This document shows positions 1 through 11,783 of a DNA stretch of 64,000 nucleotides, piece by piece (the first letter of the stretch is position 1; every line of letters starts with the position of its first letter). The position numbers and the translations under genes were made by a program. This stretch comes from Antechinus flavipes (lineage: Eukaryota): contig NC_067401.1 in assembly GCF_016432865.1 (NCBI RefSeq), forward strand, positions 185,504,001 through 185,568,000. The letters are read 5' to 3'. Under the pieces are notes generated by a model, which was not told where the DNA came from, did no database searches, and was given only the letters and a program-made list of their open reading frames with translations.

Positions 1-52
1 GTTTTCACCTCAACCTACTCAGGAGCCCCAAATCCCAACTGTTATCACTCAC

Positions 53-245
53 CCGGTGCCCTGTCCGGCGGCGCCCGTCGCCCCCCACAGAGACGGACCT
101 TGGAGAGCAGAATCAATATCTGTTTCTGACACAAGGACTTAGTACCCCTCGGACACACTCGCCGTTGGGCTGACACCGGTCGGCTTGTCCCAGGGTCTCG
201 TACCTCTCTTTTCTGCCGGATCAGACTGCTGGCCAGCGCCGCCAT
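53..245 (-). CDS. FGF11: FGF11 (FHF3) coding exon 1A, 193 nt, phase 1; remainder of gene lies beyond the window start
   Basis: Translates [64 protein letters not shown], the recognisable FGF11 N-terminus. True ATG at 245 (ORF-track start at 251 is TTG). Donor G|GTGAGT at 53/52. Confidence 0.97.
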
Positions 246-1575
246 CTCCAACCACCTTCCCTCCCTTTAGGGGACAGTCGAATCTCCCTATGATGTCCCT
301 TAACTCTGCCACTCTCACAAAGGAGATATACAACCCAAACTATATGAAGGTTCTTCAATAGGACACAATCCTCAAGCTGGCTCCCAGAATGTTCTCCCCC
401 ACAATTGAAAACAGTGTACCTCCAAATTTATCCCAGATACTCCCTTGTGCGTTCCTGGGTTCTTTGCCGTCAAGTAGTAGTACCCCAATAAGCCCTCCTA
501 AATACCTCAAAAGGGATCCTTTCAATTGCCCTTTCCCCCTGTAATCCCTAAACTTGAAGGGAATCCTTAAACTCTTCTTGGTTGAAGCTTTGTAATTGTC
601 CAGCTCTTGGAGTTAATTCCCTTGGTTCCCCTTCCTCATAGCCCCAGCTTTTCTCTCCTTTCCTTCACAGTCCTGGCCTTGAATCGATGTAACTCCAAGG
701 TTCTTGTTTTTCTGCACCTCTCCATATAATCTCTGCTGCCCAGACTTTGTAGACCTTAATTCACTATAGGAGATGACAGAAATGAATCTCACAATTCCAC
801 CTTATCAGATAAAGAAATCTAGAAAGGGTGAGGACTACAACATCCCCAAATCATCTATCGCAGCAATACTTGGTGCAGCAGCTGTGAGGTTAAAGGGAAT
901 TGGGGGTCCTCTTTGCCTCCCCAATTTGGAATGTATCTTCTACCTCTTCTCATCACTCTCAAAACCTATAGCTCAGAACTTCTGGGAGGTTCCATTTGCT
1001 AGGGTCCTGAGCTTCTTTCCAAATCATCCCCTTTTTCATTAAGTCAACATTCTTTACCACCTCAAACCCCGAAAGACTCTAGTTTCTGTATCCTCTAAAC
1101 TTATCCTTACCTCTACTTCCCTGGCGCTTTAAAACGTGCCCTTCCAGCTCCAGCACGTTAGGGGTTATCAAGGTGCAGTGGGTATGGAAGGTCCCTTCTT
1201 ACATCCTGTCACCCCAAAATAGTGAGTCTTTAACTTCACTCTGGATATCTCACAAAATATTATTGGGGAGTCTTGATGCAGTCTTCCAAAATATGGAGCT
1301 ATTTGACCTCCAGCTAGCTATTTGAAAGTGTTGTACCCCACTTTCTCCTTGGTACTCCCCAGATTAACTTGTCTTTTGTACTTCCTTTCTAGCGGTACTG
1401 CACTCCCCAAGATCCCCTTTCACGTTCCTTAAGCAATTACTTGCACCCCACTTTCTTTCCTGAGACCCCCAAACCTGTCCTGTTGATCCTGCTGCCGGCA
1501 GTGATGGATGGCTCAGGCTCTCATTCTCCTCCCTCACTGTCCCCCTGTCAGCAGAGGGTTCCCCGCGCGATTCAC

Positions 1576-1830
1576 CTCGACGCTCTCTATCCCTCCCCCC
1601 AAGGAAATAGGGGTGGGTTTACAGGGAGTCCCTAGTCCCCCGATGGCGGCGCTCCAGGCCTCAGCAGCAGGATTGACTGGAAAGCAAACCCAAGCAGCAG
1701 AAGCAGTAACGGCAGCCGTAGCGGCAGCCGCAAACTCGCGTCCTGCTCCCCCACCTCAGCCTAAGAACCCTACCCGAGGGCGGGACAGGGGGCGGAGACA
1801 GCATTAAAAAAAAGGGAGGGGGGCGGTGGA
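1576..1830 (-). promoter_or_regulatory. CpG/GC-box-rich segment, putative upstream promoter and non-coding first exon of FGF11
   Basis: Local CpG cluster, GGGCGG boxes near 1789 and 1820, GCA/GCG triplet runs, and a consensus donor AG|GTGAAT at 1576/1575 on the minus strand. No ATG in phase. Confidence 0.35.
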
Positions 1831-2494
1831 AAGGGACTCCTGGATCTGTTAGAGGACCTGGAAATATAAGTGGTTGGGGATATAGGGAGGGAACAAACAA
1901 GCTGGTGGTGGGAAGCTAGTCATAACTCCCAGGAGGGGGAACTAGGTGCAGAGCTTTGACTCGGGGGGAGAAAAGAGACAAATGTCTAGGTCTGCATGAG
2001 AAAAGGGGTAGGGGCTAGCTGAAGATAGAGCTTTTTAGCTGGGGGCGGGGAGTGCATGTGGAGCAGAGATGGGGAAGGGACCCATTGCCAGGGAGTGGCA
2101 AACTGTTCTATTTCCAACCTAACCAATTGGCCAAGCTCCATCTTTCCTCTCTCATGCTGTGTCAGCATCTCCCCTTCACCCTTTTACTTGGCTTCCACCT
2201 AGGGTCGTAATTAGAGAAATTCTAAGAGGTTGTGAGAGGGTAAGATAGACAAGGAAGGAATGAGGAGTCCCTGGATCAGGGTTTTGATAGCAGATGTATA
2301 CATTTTGGGGTGGAGGTGGTGGTAGTGAGGACGGGATTAAACATCTTTTTTTTTTTTCAGGGGCAGAACCAAGACATCCAGCAGACTCGGAAAATTCGAG
2401 GACTAGGTCTCCCGGAATGAGTTATGTCACCGGTTAGAGAGAGACGGGAATGAAGGTTGAAAAAGAACCAAGATTCTGTCTCCATCCAGCCGCA

Positions 2495-2500
2495 TTTATT
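2495..2500 (-). terminator. AATAAA polyadenylation signal overlapping the TMEM102 stop codon
   Basis: Minus strand reads TTA AAA TAA A; TAA stop is 2498-2496. Confidence 0.5.
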
Positions 2501-3805
2501 TTAATGACCCCCCGCCCACCACCCCACCCCCTTTCCGCGCAGTCTTGGCCTCCTCCACCGCAGTTCGGAGAGCCCCCACAGGGTCCCCCCGGAGTCGGGC
2601 GAGAGCCCCGGCTAGCTCTGTGGCCCTTTCCCCGACCGCCAGTTCCTCTCCTTCCAGAAAGTAGTGGGGCAGTGCCCCAGCCTCGAGCCCGCGGCTTAAT
2701 TCGTCAAGCAGCCCCAGACAACAGGCCCCGGTATTCTCCGGCCGCCCCAAATAGAGGGCTGGAAGTCTCTCGCAAGCCCAGTAGAGCAGAGTCCGCAGAA
2801 GGTAGGGAGCCGCGCAGCCGGCCCCGGCCACCAGGGGGCGCAGCAAGGCCTGGGCAGCTGCGTGTGCTTGGAGCAGAGGTTGAGGGATACGGGCCTTGAG
2901 CGCCAGTTCCTGGCGGGCAAAGCAAATCCGCCAGTGGAGCCCATCCTTTTTGGCTCTGTAGCCCGGCACAAGGTAGTAGGCGGTAGGGCCAGCGGCCACG
3001 GAACCCATCCAGGTGTACGTCCGGGTTTTCCCCGGCCAACCGGCCACGGAGACCCCTGGCACCAAGTCAAAGAGTAAGAGCCGAGAGGGAGGGCCCGGTG
3101 TAGACAGAAGGATAGTAGTGACTCCCGCATGGCGGGAGGCATGGACCAGGCGCAGGGAACCGGGGTCCGGGTTCAAGGAGACAGCTACAGCAGACAGCAA
3201 AGAAAAAAACCAGGAAGCTACTTGGGTGGGGCATAAAGCGGGCCAGTTTTCTTGAGCGCCCCGCCCCTCAGGCTCTTGGACTGGCTGTCCAGGGAGTTGC
3301 TCTGTGACGTCACTGTGCGGATCCTTCAATAAGTCTATTTTTTCCGAATCCCTCAAGTCACCGCGCCGCTCCTCCGCTGGCGACTTGGGATCAAAGTCTT
3401 CCAGCAACGGCGGGAACGCCGCCGCCGCAGTCTCGGACATTGTGACATCACACGGAAGTTTCTCCAATGGGCACGCCTCTTTTACAGTCCCCTTCCCGCC
3501 CAGCCCCTCTGGGGCGAAGGGCTTTAGGCAGTCGTGCCACGCCTCCAGGACTGAGGCCCCGCCCACTGGCGCTTGAAGGCGGAGCCACGCACTGCCTGAC
3601 TCCAGCTCAAGGTAGGGCCTCACTCCTTTACAATCCAGCCAAAGCAACGGTATCAGGAGCGTGAAGCCAGCATCGTAGTGGGGTCCCCGGACGTAGGGGC
3701 CCAGGGATCCAGGCCCCAGATCAAGAGAGCCCTCGCGGACTCCGCCGCGGAGGAGCAGAAGCTCTGTTCGCTCAGGAACCCGGGGGTCCCGGCGGTGGAT
3801 GAGAC
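2496..3805 (-). CDS. TMEM102: TMEM102 last coding exon (1310 nt); Mab-21/cGAS-like nucleotidyltransferase-fold protein
   Basis: Acceptor ctcag|GT at 3806/3805. Reads GLIHRRDPR...[10 protein letters not shown]...[14 protein letters not shown]...[20 protein letters not shown]...CCLGLLDEL...ARKGGG. With exon 3908-4121 gives 1524 nt = 507 aa + stop. Confidence 0.96.
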
Positions 3806-3907
3806 CTGAGTATAAGGGGTAGAGGGTCAGTAGAGACTCTCTATAGGATAGAAACCAAGTATGGAACTACTGGAAAGAGGATAGGAGGGCCCAAAGGTGA
3901 CACTTAC

Positions 3908-4121
3908 CGAGCAGAGAGAAGACAAAGTCCTTAGCCCGGAGGAGGTCGGCCCCGGGCTTTGGCCCGCTGTGCCAGCTCTCTTGAACCTCGAGCTCTTGGA
4001 TCAGTTGAGTGAGCTCCTGCAGCTGAGCTCCAGAGCAGAAGTCTAGGTCCGTGACAGGACGAGCAGGGGCTGGGGGTGGCGGACCCCACCAGGGGGTACT
4101 CCCCCAGACCGCGGAAGCCAT
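3908..4121 (-). CDS. TMEM102: TMEM102 first coding exon (214 nt, phase 1)
   Basis: [44 protein letters not shown]...KDFVFSLL; donor G|GTAAGT at 3908/3907; 102-nt intron. Confidence 0.96.
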
Positions 4122-4457
4122 ATGGGGCTGAGGCTGGGGACACGGCCGGGAGGGGGGGGAGAGAAGGGAAAATGGGGCTCAGTTCATTCTAGAACTCCTT
4201 CCTCGTCAACCTAATTACTAGAAACTCCTACGCCCAGGTCTTTATTTAAATGTAAAGTGCAAATATTACCCTCCCCCAACATGCAAACTCTCTAGTCCTC
4301 TAAGTAGCAGTTAGACCTGACAAGTAGTTTTGGGTTTTTTTAAAGCTGTTTTTCTTCCCGCCCCTACCCCAACTTCAGCCCCGGATTCACTGCAGTCCAG
4401 AGCCAGACACATTTTTTTTTTTTTTTTTTAATCTGCCTATCTGTTCCCTTAGCTTAC

Positions 4458-4520
4458 CGGCTTTGGGTGGGGAGGGGTTGATGGCAAAAGACCTCAGGAG
4501 ACCGCCCGGAGGAAAAAGAA
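4458..4520 (-). other. Putative 5' non-coding exon of TMEM102 (upstream boundary approximate)
   Basis: Donor CG|GTAAGC at 4458/4457; polypyrimidine tract + CAG acceptor at 4134, 12 nt upstream of the ATG. Confidence 0.4.
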
Positions 4521-5100
4521 AGCTGGAGAAAGCTTTGGAGAAAATCTTATGGGTAACTTCCTTGTCTCCACTTGGACACGCCCCTTTTACCTGAGGTTAC
4601 ACCCTTCTTTGCTTGGACTGTTCACTCGGAAAGTTCTGGCCCCACCCCGTTCCTTGGTTCCTCTTCCCTAGCTACTGGATCCAAAGACATTTTTGAGTCG
4701 TCCAAGAAAGTCTGTCATCATCCTTACCTACTATTCATCCAGTTTTTCCCAGTAAATATTGTGTTCAGAATTCACTTTATAGGAAGGCTAGGGGTGCATG
4801 CTAGAAGAATTCTGTGTACTTAAGCCATGCCTGGGAGATCTCTTTTTAGGCCAGTTGGTCCTCTGCTGCTCCCTACTGTGGTGTTACGGTAGTGATGGCG
4901 TATAAACATATAAGACAGATAAACTGAATTTTATAGTTTCCAGGGACCTCCGAAGCCATCAAGTCCAACCCTAACCTCAAATGTAGTTCTCATTATAAAA
5001 ATATTGTACAATCATCTTATAGGTTTTGCTTTTAAGACTTCTTATGAGGAAGTAGTAGTCCAGGTAGTCCATTCCAATTTTAGACTGCTCTTAATAGGAA

Positions 5101-5220
5101 GAGCTCCTTGGTGGCACAGTGGATAGAATACTGGGCCTCAAAGTCAGGAAGACTCCAAATTCAGCCTCAAACACTTATTGTGTGACCGTGAACAAGTCAT
5201 TTAATTCTGCTTGCCTCAAA
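5101..5220 (+). mobile_element. tRNA-derived CORE-SINE fragment
   Basis: GGTGGCACAGTGGATAGA A-box-like head followed by CORE sequence (tgtgtgacc...caagtcatttaa). Confidence 0.7.
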
Positions 5221-7244
5221 ATTACTCAAAATGAACTGGAAAACCACTCCAGTATTTCTGATCCTTCAGCCAAAAATATATACACATCCAAAAGGGGGTC
5301 ACAAAGACTTTCAAATGACTAGACAATTAGGGAGGTTTGTTTTTTTTCCTGACATTAAGCATTTTTATAAAGTACCTTTGAAACTTCCATCCATTGATCT
5401 TGATTCTGCCCTGTAAAGCCAAACACAACTAATCATCTCTTTTCCAGGTTTAAACATCCCCAGTTCCTTTTACTGATTATTAGCTCAAAGTATCCTTCCC
5501 CATGTTGGTTGCCTTTCTTTGGATCATTATAGTAATAATAAACTTATAATATTTATATATATGCTTTAAGGTTTCCAAATCACTTTGTACTTTTACATTT
5601 TATCAGAATAACCCTGAAAGTTAGCTTATTAGAACAATTTTAGAGGTAGCTATTTGTATCTTCATTTTGCAGGTGAGAAAAATAGAGAGCCAGAGGTTAA
5701 ATGATTTAGTATGGGTCACAACCAAAAGTATTTGCACTCATATTTCAAATCACATTTATCTTGACTATCTTGTGCTATATCCATTGTGCTACCTTGTTGC
5801 TTCTAATTCCCTCTATCTCATCAATATCCTTCCTAATCGAACACAATAGGCAATGTCTAATCAGGGTGACTTTTATTCTTGGAAACTCTTGCCTTAATGA
5901 ACCCTAAGATCCCAGAATATATATATTTTTTGTTTGTATGCTAATTTATCACACTCATTTTACAATCCATAAAGTCTCCACACCCCACAATGAGGGATTT
6001 TACAATTCAATAAATCCCATTCCCATCAAATTTTTTTCTGACAAACTGCTAGTATTTGTTTAATTGGTTGATTAAATATTTATCAGTTAGATTGAACCGA
6101 GGCTTAACCTATTAAGAGTCTTGACTATCATTCAATATGTAATCCTTTCAGATCTCTGTCATCTATAAATTTGGTAAACATGTCATCCATCCTTGGATTG
6201 ATAAAAATATTAAACATATATCTCTAGGGCATTTCACTGTTGACTTACTGCTAAAGATTATAGAAACTATTAATGACTAAGTCTTATTCCTGAACCAGCA
6301 TTGAATCTATCTGTTGATATAACTACCAGCTTATACCTCTCCATCTCACATATATATGCCCTCTTTCTGCAGCTCTCCCCTTTTCTACAGTTTAAGATAT
6401 CACTGACTAGCTCAGTTCCCTGGTTTCCCTATTATAATCATGGTCAGAACTAGGAAAACTTCTCAGCCTCAGTTTCCCTCTTTGGATCTAGAGAACCAAA
6501 CCTGGAATCAGGTTCAAATGCTTCTCAAAATGTGTGGTCATGGGTAAGTCAAAATTTCTGAGTGTCCCAAGCAATTTTCCAAGAGTTTTAAATTATAGAA
6601 AGTTGTCTTTATTGATAAGAGAAAATTGGCACACTAGAAAGGTCCCTTTAAATTCAATGCTTTGACAGAAAAGCAAGTGTTTGTGGTAAACTAGCTAAAC
6701 CAGATGGGAAAGGTCAGGACCATAATGTGCTCAGAGGAGAGGATAAGGTCAGCCTGAGTTCAGGGCTCCAAATAGGTACTCTTTAATCTAGACACAGCTC
6801 TCTGTGAATTGTAATGAGAACATAAAGATTAGGATATTATTAGAAGCAGAGTAGTGGTAGGCAGAATCAGGCTACTGAAACAGAAATTGATGTTCACCAT
6901 TGATGACCAGAAGTCCGAGTAAACCATCCAAATTAGTATCACAGACAGATCTAAGAGACAATGCTTGTAAAGGGATAGGCTACTGGAACTGAGAAAATGG
7001 AAGGATGATAGCAGAAACTCAGCAAATGGGAAAACAAGGACAGAACGAAGGGAACCCCCCAACAAAGGAAAATCACTGTTGTCTTCAGGGAAAGTTCAAA
7101 TCCCACTTGCTTTTTGTGGTAGTGGTGTGGTGCCCCGCTGGTAGTACTTTCTCTACCCAGATTACCTTTACCCTGTACAGCTCTTGTATGTACCTGGTTA
7201 TTTATGTCTTGTCTCTGCACTAGAATGGATGCCTTCCCCTCCCC

Positions 7245-7375
7245 CTGAAGCAATTGGGGTTAAGTGACTTGCCCAGGGTCACACAGGAAGTGTTAAGTGT
7301 CTGAGGTCAAATTTGATCTCAGGTCTTCCTGACTTCGGGGCTGGTACTCTGTCCACTGTGCCACCTAGCTGCCCC
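7245..7375 (-). mobile_element. WSINE1-type marsupial SINE
   Basis: Reverse complement of ggggcagctaggtggcacagtgga...gacacttaacacttcc...gaccctgggcaagtcacttaaccccaattgc. Confidence 0.85.
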
Positions 7376-8810
7376 TAGAATGGATGCTTTTTGATGGCAA
7401 AATAGCTTTGCCTTTTTTTGCATTCCTAGAACTTAGCTGAGTGCCTGACACTTAATGGTTAACAAAAGACTTGACAAGGAACAAGACTTGATTTTCCTGT
7501 CCTTTTATATTCAAAGGACTCCAGGTAGAAACCACCTACTAGCTTTGAGCAAAATCCTTTGGCTGGCTTTGGTTCTCTGTTATGGGTCATAAGATTTATA
7601 ATAGGCAAGAGACAAAATGGACCATAATCTCTCTTTTACAAGTAGGGAAAATGACTTGCCTAAAGTTGAACCAGAGACTGGATTTTAACTCAGGTCTTCT
7701 GGTTCCAGAATCCAGGGATTTTTGTACTATGCCTCATAGAGAAGAGGCAGCTGAGAATTAAATAGGCACTTCAGTCAAGATTAAAGACTTATGTTGTGGG
7801 TCTAAGTATCCAGATAAATATTTTGCTGTCTTGGAGGAAGAGAAAAGGGGGAAGGGAACAATCACTTATTAAGCACCTACAGTGTTGCCAGGTGCTCTGC
7901 TTAGTGCTTTGCAAATCTCATTTGGTTCTCCCTACAACCCTATGAGGTAGGTTATCATCCCCATTTTGCAAAATAAGCTGACAGAGACGTCAAATGACTT
8001 GATCATGGCCATATAGCTAGTAAAGATCTAAGTTCAAATTTGAACTTAGGTCTTACTGACTCTTGGCCCAGTACTTTTATCCACTGAGCCCCATAGCTGA
8101 CCTCTAATGAAGGGTCACAGAGCTCTTTCCCCAACTCTTCTCCTCTCTGTCTCGGAACTAAACTAGAGGCCCTAAGGAAATGTGGATGGCAGCTGGAGGA
8201 TTCTGTCTTCTCAAAGGAAGCAGATGGAGCCCAGAATTGGGAAAGGGAAGAGAAAGTCTTGGACCTTGACAGGTGAAGGGACTGATAGAATCTACGTTTA
8301 GGGTGGTCTCTGTGCTGTATTTTTAATAGTAGAGCAACCCCAGAGCTCAGTTCACTGGGCCTTATTGTAGGATAATCTATGCAGTTGAAAGAGCATTGTA
8401 TTTTACACAATCACAGAATTTGAGAGCTGGAAAAGACTTCATTGGCCATTTAGTTCAACCCAATTGATTTAAATTTGAGATCAATAGAGCCACCTTCAAA
8501 TTCTGGCTCTGCTACTTACATGGGTGACCTTAGGCAAGTCCTCACTTTGAAATCGTGAAGTTCCATCAGATTATCTGTAAGTCCTCTCTAGCTCCAAATC
8601 CTATCGTCCTATGTGTTCCACCTCTGTGCCACCTCCCTCCCTCAGCCCCATAGAGGCCATTTGGCTGCATAATAGGATCCGAATAAGATAGAGGTGTAAG
8701 AAAGGGCAGTTACCTCAAAGATCTGGTCCAGACAATTCTCTGATTATAGACACTAATCAGGTTTGGGGTTTCACTGCACCTGAATACCACCATGCAAATC
8801 TGTTTCCTTT

Positions 8811-8955
8811 TTATACCTGTCCCTTTATTGCTGTGCTTTTCTCCCAAGTCTTCGTCATGGACTGGTATCCCCAGTCTTCCTTCTGCCTTTCCTTGGAACA
8901 GTCAAAGGGGTTTCAGGGCCTTAGGAAACCCTGGGGACATAGCTTCTGGCTTGTT
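8811..8955 (-). pseudogene. SPEM3: Out-of-frame ancestral C-terminus of SPEM3 (two +1 shifts)
   Basis: Shifted frames encode KPEAMSP... and ...KEDWGYQSMTKTWEKSTAIKGQV* (stop 8813-8811), resembling the SPEM1 end EWVYYSME* in this window and the recalled human SPEM3 end KCEALSP...KEWGYQNVM. Confidence 0.7.
8824..8829 (-). terminator. AATAAA, probable SPEM3 polyadenylation signal
   Basis: First minus-strand AATAAA I saw downstream of the SPEM3 stop. Confidence 0.5.
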
Positions 8956-10083
8956 CCTTGTTTAGTCTGAGTTGCCTGGCATCAAAGACCACATGGCCTG
9001 TCGCCAAACCAGATCCCTTGCTCAGAGGCATCTGATGGAGGGATGACCGATTCTGCATGGGCATTTCCATAGACTTGTACCCCCAGTTTTGGTTCCATCT
9101 TTGGGGGCAATGGATCTGAGTGACAGTGGAGACCTCTGGTAATTTCTGCATATCACAAGCCTTATCACCCTTTGAAACCTCAATAGTTTCTACAAAAACC
9201 TTTGAAGGCTGTTTTTGGTACAAATGAATCTGGCCAGGTAGGAGGATTTCAGAAGAACAGGGTGACCGGGAAGGAGTATGGCAGGAAAAAGTGGGGTAGT
9301 CAGAAGACTGTAAACAGGCAGAATTTGGGGAATGCAGAATCTTCCTCTCAGAATAACCTTTATCAGTACGGGACTTGGAGTTACAGGAGAGTGTGCCCTT
9401 GTTCCTTCCTTCAGGAAAGCTGGCTCTCTGCTTCCTATATTCTATGTGCTCCACAGGGTCGTCAACAGGGAAAGTGGGCGGATTGGAGGGCCTCTCCGGG
9501 GTCTGGGAGACTGGGTTTTGGCCCTTCTCACTGAGCTCTCGAAGAGAGCCTCCGCCTGTGGAAAGGGACAAAGCTTCCACAAATCCCCCCAACTGGCAGT
9601 TTGGGCCTTTCATCTTTCTGGCATCATATACCACATGGCCAGCTGGGGGATGAGGAACAGAGGAGGAGAGGAAAACCTGGCATGGCTTCTGAATGCATCT
9701 GGCAGATTGGGACTCTATTTCCTCACTGTTCCTTGAGCTTTGAGGCTTTTGGCCAGGGTAGAAAAGGGTCTCAGGGCGCAGGAGTGGGGTAGTACTCACT
9801 CCAGCAGACTGAGAATGGGTAAACTTTTCTGCCTTGGGCACCAACCCTTTCCCCTGCTTCCATAGTCCACGGGAGATCTTTGGGTCTCCAGAGTGGCCAC
9901 ATTGTGGTGGCAGCCATCGGCACTTTGAGACCTTCTCATCATCTGTGTCTGGGGCCCAGTCCAGGCTGTGAGAAGGGTCCACCAGGCAGGTTTGATGCTG
10001 ATGGGTATGGGGAGAGCCCCGAGGGATTAGGCTCTTGGGATCCATGGTGCAGCAGATGCAGGTTGGGTGGCATCGTTGCCGGT
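8921..10083 (-). CDS. SPEM3: SPEM3 exon 3 (1163 nt to the as-read stop)
   Basis: Acceptor ctctcag|AC at 10084/10083. Reads CICCTMDPK...DWAPDTDDEKVS...PPQCGH...GHVVYDAR...GHVVFDARQ, matching recalled SPEM3 motifs. Confidence 0.88.
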
Positions 10084-10231
10084 CTGAGAGAGGGAGAAGG
10101 GAGAAGTTGGGGCTAGGGAAGGAGAAACCTTAGTTTTAAGGGAAATTTGGTTCATTATAGGAAAGGGGAGGAGGAGAAGGATAGAGGACAAGGGAATAGA
10201 TTCAAGTTGCCTCCCTAGGCCCCACACTCAC

Positions 10232-10289
10232 ATTTTTCCCAAAAGTGATGGAACAGTATTCGGAGGGAGGCTTTCAAATGACGCCAGAG
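10232..10289 (-). CDS. SPEM3: SPEM3 exon 2 (58 nt)
   Basis: ccccag|CTC...AAA T|GTGAGT; LWRHLKASLRILFHHFWEK (recalled human LWKHLKSSLRILFRHF). Confidence 0.92.
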
Positions 10290-10539
10290 CTGGGGGTTTA
10301 GGGAGAAGAGAGGATAGAGGATAGAGTGAACAAGGGTAAATCCAGGTGACTGAACCTCCAGGCTCAAATAACTATGTGTCTTCTAGTTCCCATTTTTGTT
10401 AGCCCCACTTCTACCCCCTCCCTCCCCTCAAGGATCCAAAATATCCTGCCTCCCTCAGTACCCAATCTCCCTGTTTTCCCTCTCCTTAATCCCTACCTCC
10501 CCCCATCCCTTGCTGTATCTACAGGGACACTAGGCCTCA

Positions 10540-10823
<284 letters not shown>

Positions 10824-11720
10824 AGGGTGGGAGATGAATAAAGGGAGCTCACATCAGGTCTCCCTCAGTTTTAGGCCCCTTAGGGCCTCCTGTTCCTTAG
10901 CAGCCAGTTCCAAAAGCAGCAGCTTCTACCAGGGCTTCTGGGCTGACTCATTCATTCAAATAACCAATTATAGAACCACAGAACATAGAATATCAGAGGT
11001 GGAAGGGACTTGAGGCACTATTTAGTTCAACTCCTTCAATTTACAGGTGAGGAGAACTAAGGTCCAGTGGCTTGCTAAAAGTCATAATTCCTAGTGGCAG
11101 AGCTGAGATCAGAAACCTGACCATCCATTTGCATTCTTGAAGCTATGCTGCCCTAAGTTTTTAAACCAATAGTAGATATTTTGGTGGCTTACTCAGGTTT
11201 GGGCTCCAGAGTCAGCTGATAGTTTTGGGGGGTTTTTTGGGGGGTGGAGACAGCAGAGAAAAGTCTCCTAGTTTGCTATATCTTAACCTTGAAGCATCTA
11301 GGCCTCAGGTCTCCCTATAGGAGAATACTGGGACTTGGGAACATCATCTTCTACAACCCCAATAGATAAATATAATCCCTAATAGAGGCAGAGGAAAGGA
11401 GCAGAGAGTTGATGGGGTCCTCTAAATACATTGGAGGATAAAATCCAAGGAGGAAGGGAAGGGTGATAGGATCCTAGGGTATCATTCTTGGCCAGTTCGG
11501 ATGATCAGGTAAGAAATTATTAAGTCTTATTGGCAGGGGACATTGCCTTGCTTGCCTTCCTATCACTTGACTTAGTAACCATGGCTAGAAGGATGGAAAC
11601 TTGTGGACTGGGTAATGGTCAAAGAATCAAGTCTTGGGTATAACACCTACCAGACTTCCCAAGCCAGGGTCTCCTGACCTTCCCTACCAAAGATGGAAGC
11701 ATGAAATCCCTGTTGGCCTC

Positions 11721-11726
11721 TTTATT
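11721..11726 (-). terminator. AATAAA, probable SPEM2 polyadenylation signal
   Basis: 57 nt downstream of the SPEM2 stop. Confidence 0.55.
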
Positions 11727-11783
11727 CCCCACTCCATCTCTGTCAGTGTCTCTCCCGACATGGATCAGCTGTCCTCAAAGTTT

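Noticed and set aside
45-251. ORF-track start at 251 for FGF11 (MEMAAL...)
   Set aside because: Codon 251-249 is TTG; the true ATG is 245, and the ORF's end (GE*) runs into the intron.
3305-3312. Perfect CRE palindrome TGACGTCA inside the TMEM102 CDS
   Set aside because: Encodes S-D-V-T in a variable region; a single 8-mer in GC-rich coding DNA is not evidence of function.
2450-3664. Overlapping plus-strand and alternative-frame ORFs (149, 148, 111 aa etc.)
   Set aside because: Expected shadows of the GC-rich TMEM102 exon; no family resemblance.
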